Shown here: positions 63,436 to 64,000 of the stretch, piece after piece | How the letters are laid out: each line of letters starts with the position of its first letter | Position numbering within the stretch: the stretch's first letter is position 1 | Assembly (NCBI GenBank): GCA_965279515.1 | Contig: CBDIID010000003.1 | Location: forward strand, 3,456,001 to 3,520,000 | Direction of reading: 5' to 3' | Length of the DNA: 64,000 bases | Source: Turneriella sp. | GTDB taxonomy: Bacteria > Spirochaetota > Leptospiria > Turneriellales > Turneriellaceae | Notes under the pieces: model-generated | Databases searched by the model: none | Seen by the model: only the letters and a program-made list of their open reading frames with translations | What the model was told of the DNA's origin: nothing | Program-made: the position numbers and the translations under genes

Positions 63436-64000
63436 GTGAGCCGCAGAACCACAATGAGGATGCCATGCTGCTTCGGCTGATTGAGCACGAAGAGGTGAAG
63501 CTGCGCACTAGTGGTGCAGCGCCTCTCACCGCGGAAAAAATCACTGCGGTGACTAAACGCCTCATCGCCGAGAAAGACACAATTCTAGCTGACTTCGACC
63601 GCCAGCCGGCCTTAACGATCAGAAAAAAATCGAATGCCGGCAAAATCTGGGGTACGATCGGTGTTGCCGCCATGCTCGTCTTAGGTGTTGGCATTACCTA
63701 TTTGCTGAGAAGCGGTGGCGCCGTGGAAGGGCGTGTGGTTATGGCGAAGGGCGCGCTGAAGAAAAATAACCAGACACTGCAGCCGGGTGCAACGATCGTT
63801 AAGGGCGAGACCATTACAACGGAGGCCAAGGCACTGGCCGTGATGACCTGGGGTGAAGACGCGACAACGCTGCTCAGCCAAAACACGCGCATGAGTGTGG
63901 TGAAGCTCGAAAAGCAGCGTCGACCGCTGATTGAAATTGAGAATACGAATGGTTTGACCTTTACCTCGGTGGAAAAAGGCCGCGTCGATTTTATTGTACG
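63432..64000 (+). CDS. FecR-family anti-sigma factor (3'-truncated by window)
   Basis: Translated by hand from ATG 63432 (ATGA overlap): single TM IWGTIGVAAMLVLGVGITYLL, then G..I..GETITT...A.MTW....LLSQNT FecR pattern; open to window end. Confidence 0.8.
   Translation, partial: MSEPQNHNEDAMLLRLIEHEEVKLRTSGAAPLTAEKITAVTKRLIAEKDTILADFDRQPALTIRKKSNAGKIWGTIGVAAMLVLGVGITYLLRSGGAVEGRVVMAKGALKKNNQTLQPGATIVKGETITTEAKALAVMTWGEDATTLLSQNTRMSVVKLEKQRRPLIEIENTNGLTFTSVEKGRVDFIV

Noticed and set aside
1..64000. CRISPR array, tRNA, rRNA, transposase or integrase genes
   Set aside because: No regularly spaced direct repeats, tRNA cloverleaf or recombinase/transposase motifs recognised

Overview
This 64-kb window is bacterial chromosome. 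Two spirochaete-type FlaB flagellins, several FecR/SpoIIE/7TM-DISM proteins and spirochaetal lipoproteins suggest a moderately GC-rich member of the Leptospiraceae, possibly Turneriella-like (inference). Housekeeping genes include korA/korB-type 2-oxoacid:ferredoxin oxidoreductase, ilvA, RNA methyltransferases, PspA, acyl-CoA dehydrogenase, two flaB and the RNase P RNA. Five accessory elements stand out. (1) A tightly coupled six-gene minus-strand operon (13764-20635): PqqD/RRE, ATP-grasp ligase, LysA-fold PLP enzyme with a RiPP-leader-like YxxPxI N-terminal extension, urea-transporter/M23 fusion and two exported TPR proteins. (2) Four tandem phage tail-collar/needle proteins with signal-peptide-like N-termini and hypervariable tips, with no phage genes in the window (59752-62782). 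(3) An ECF-sigma/FecR locus in which three neighbouring proteins share one small Sm-like module. (4) Several palindromic repeat families, some read in-frame inside proteins. (5) An AT-richer island of small exported proteins with degenerate attC-like sites. No CRISPR array, tRNA, rRNA, transposase or integrase was recognised. All family assignments come from motif recognition by eye, not database searches.
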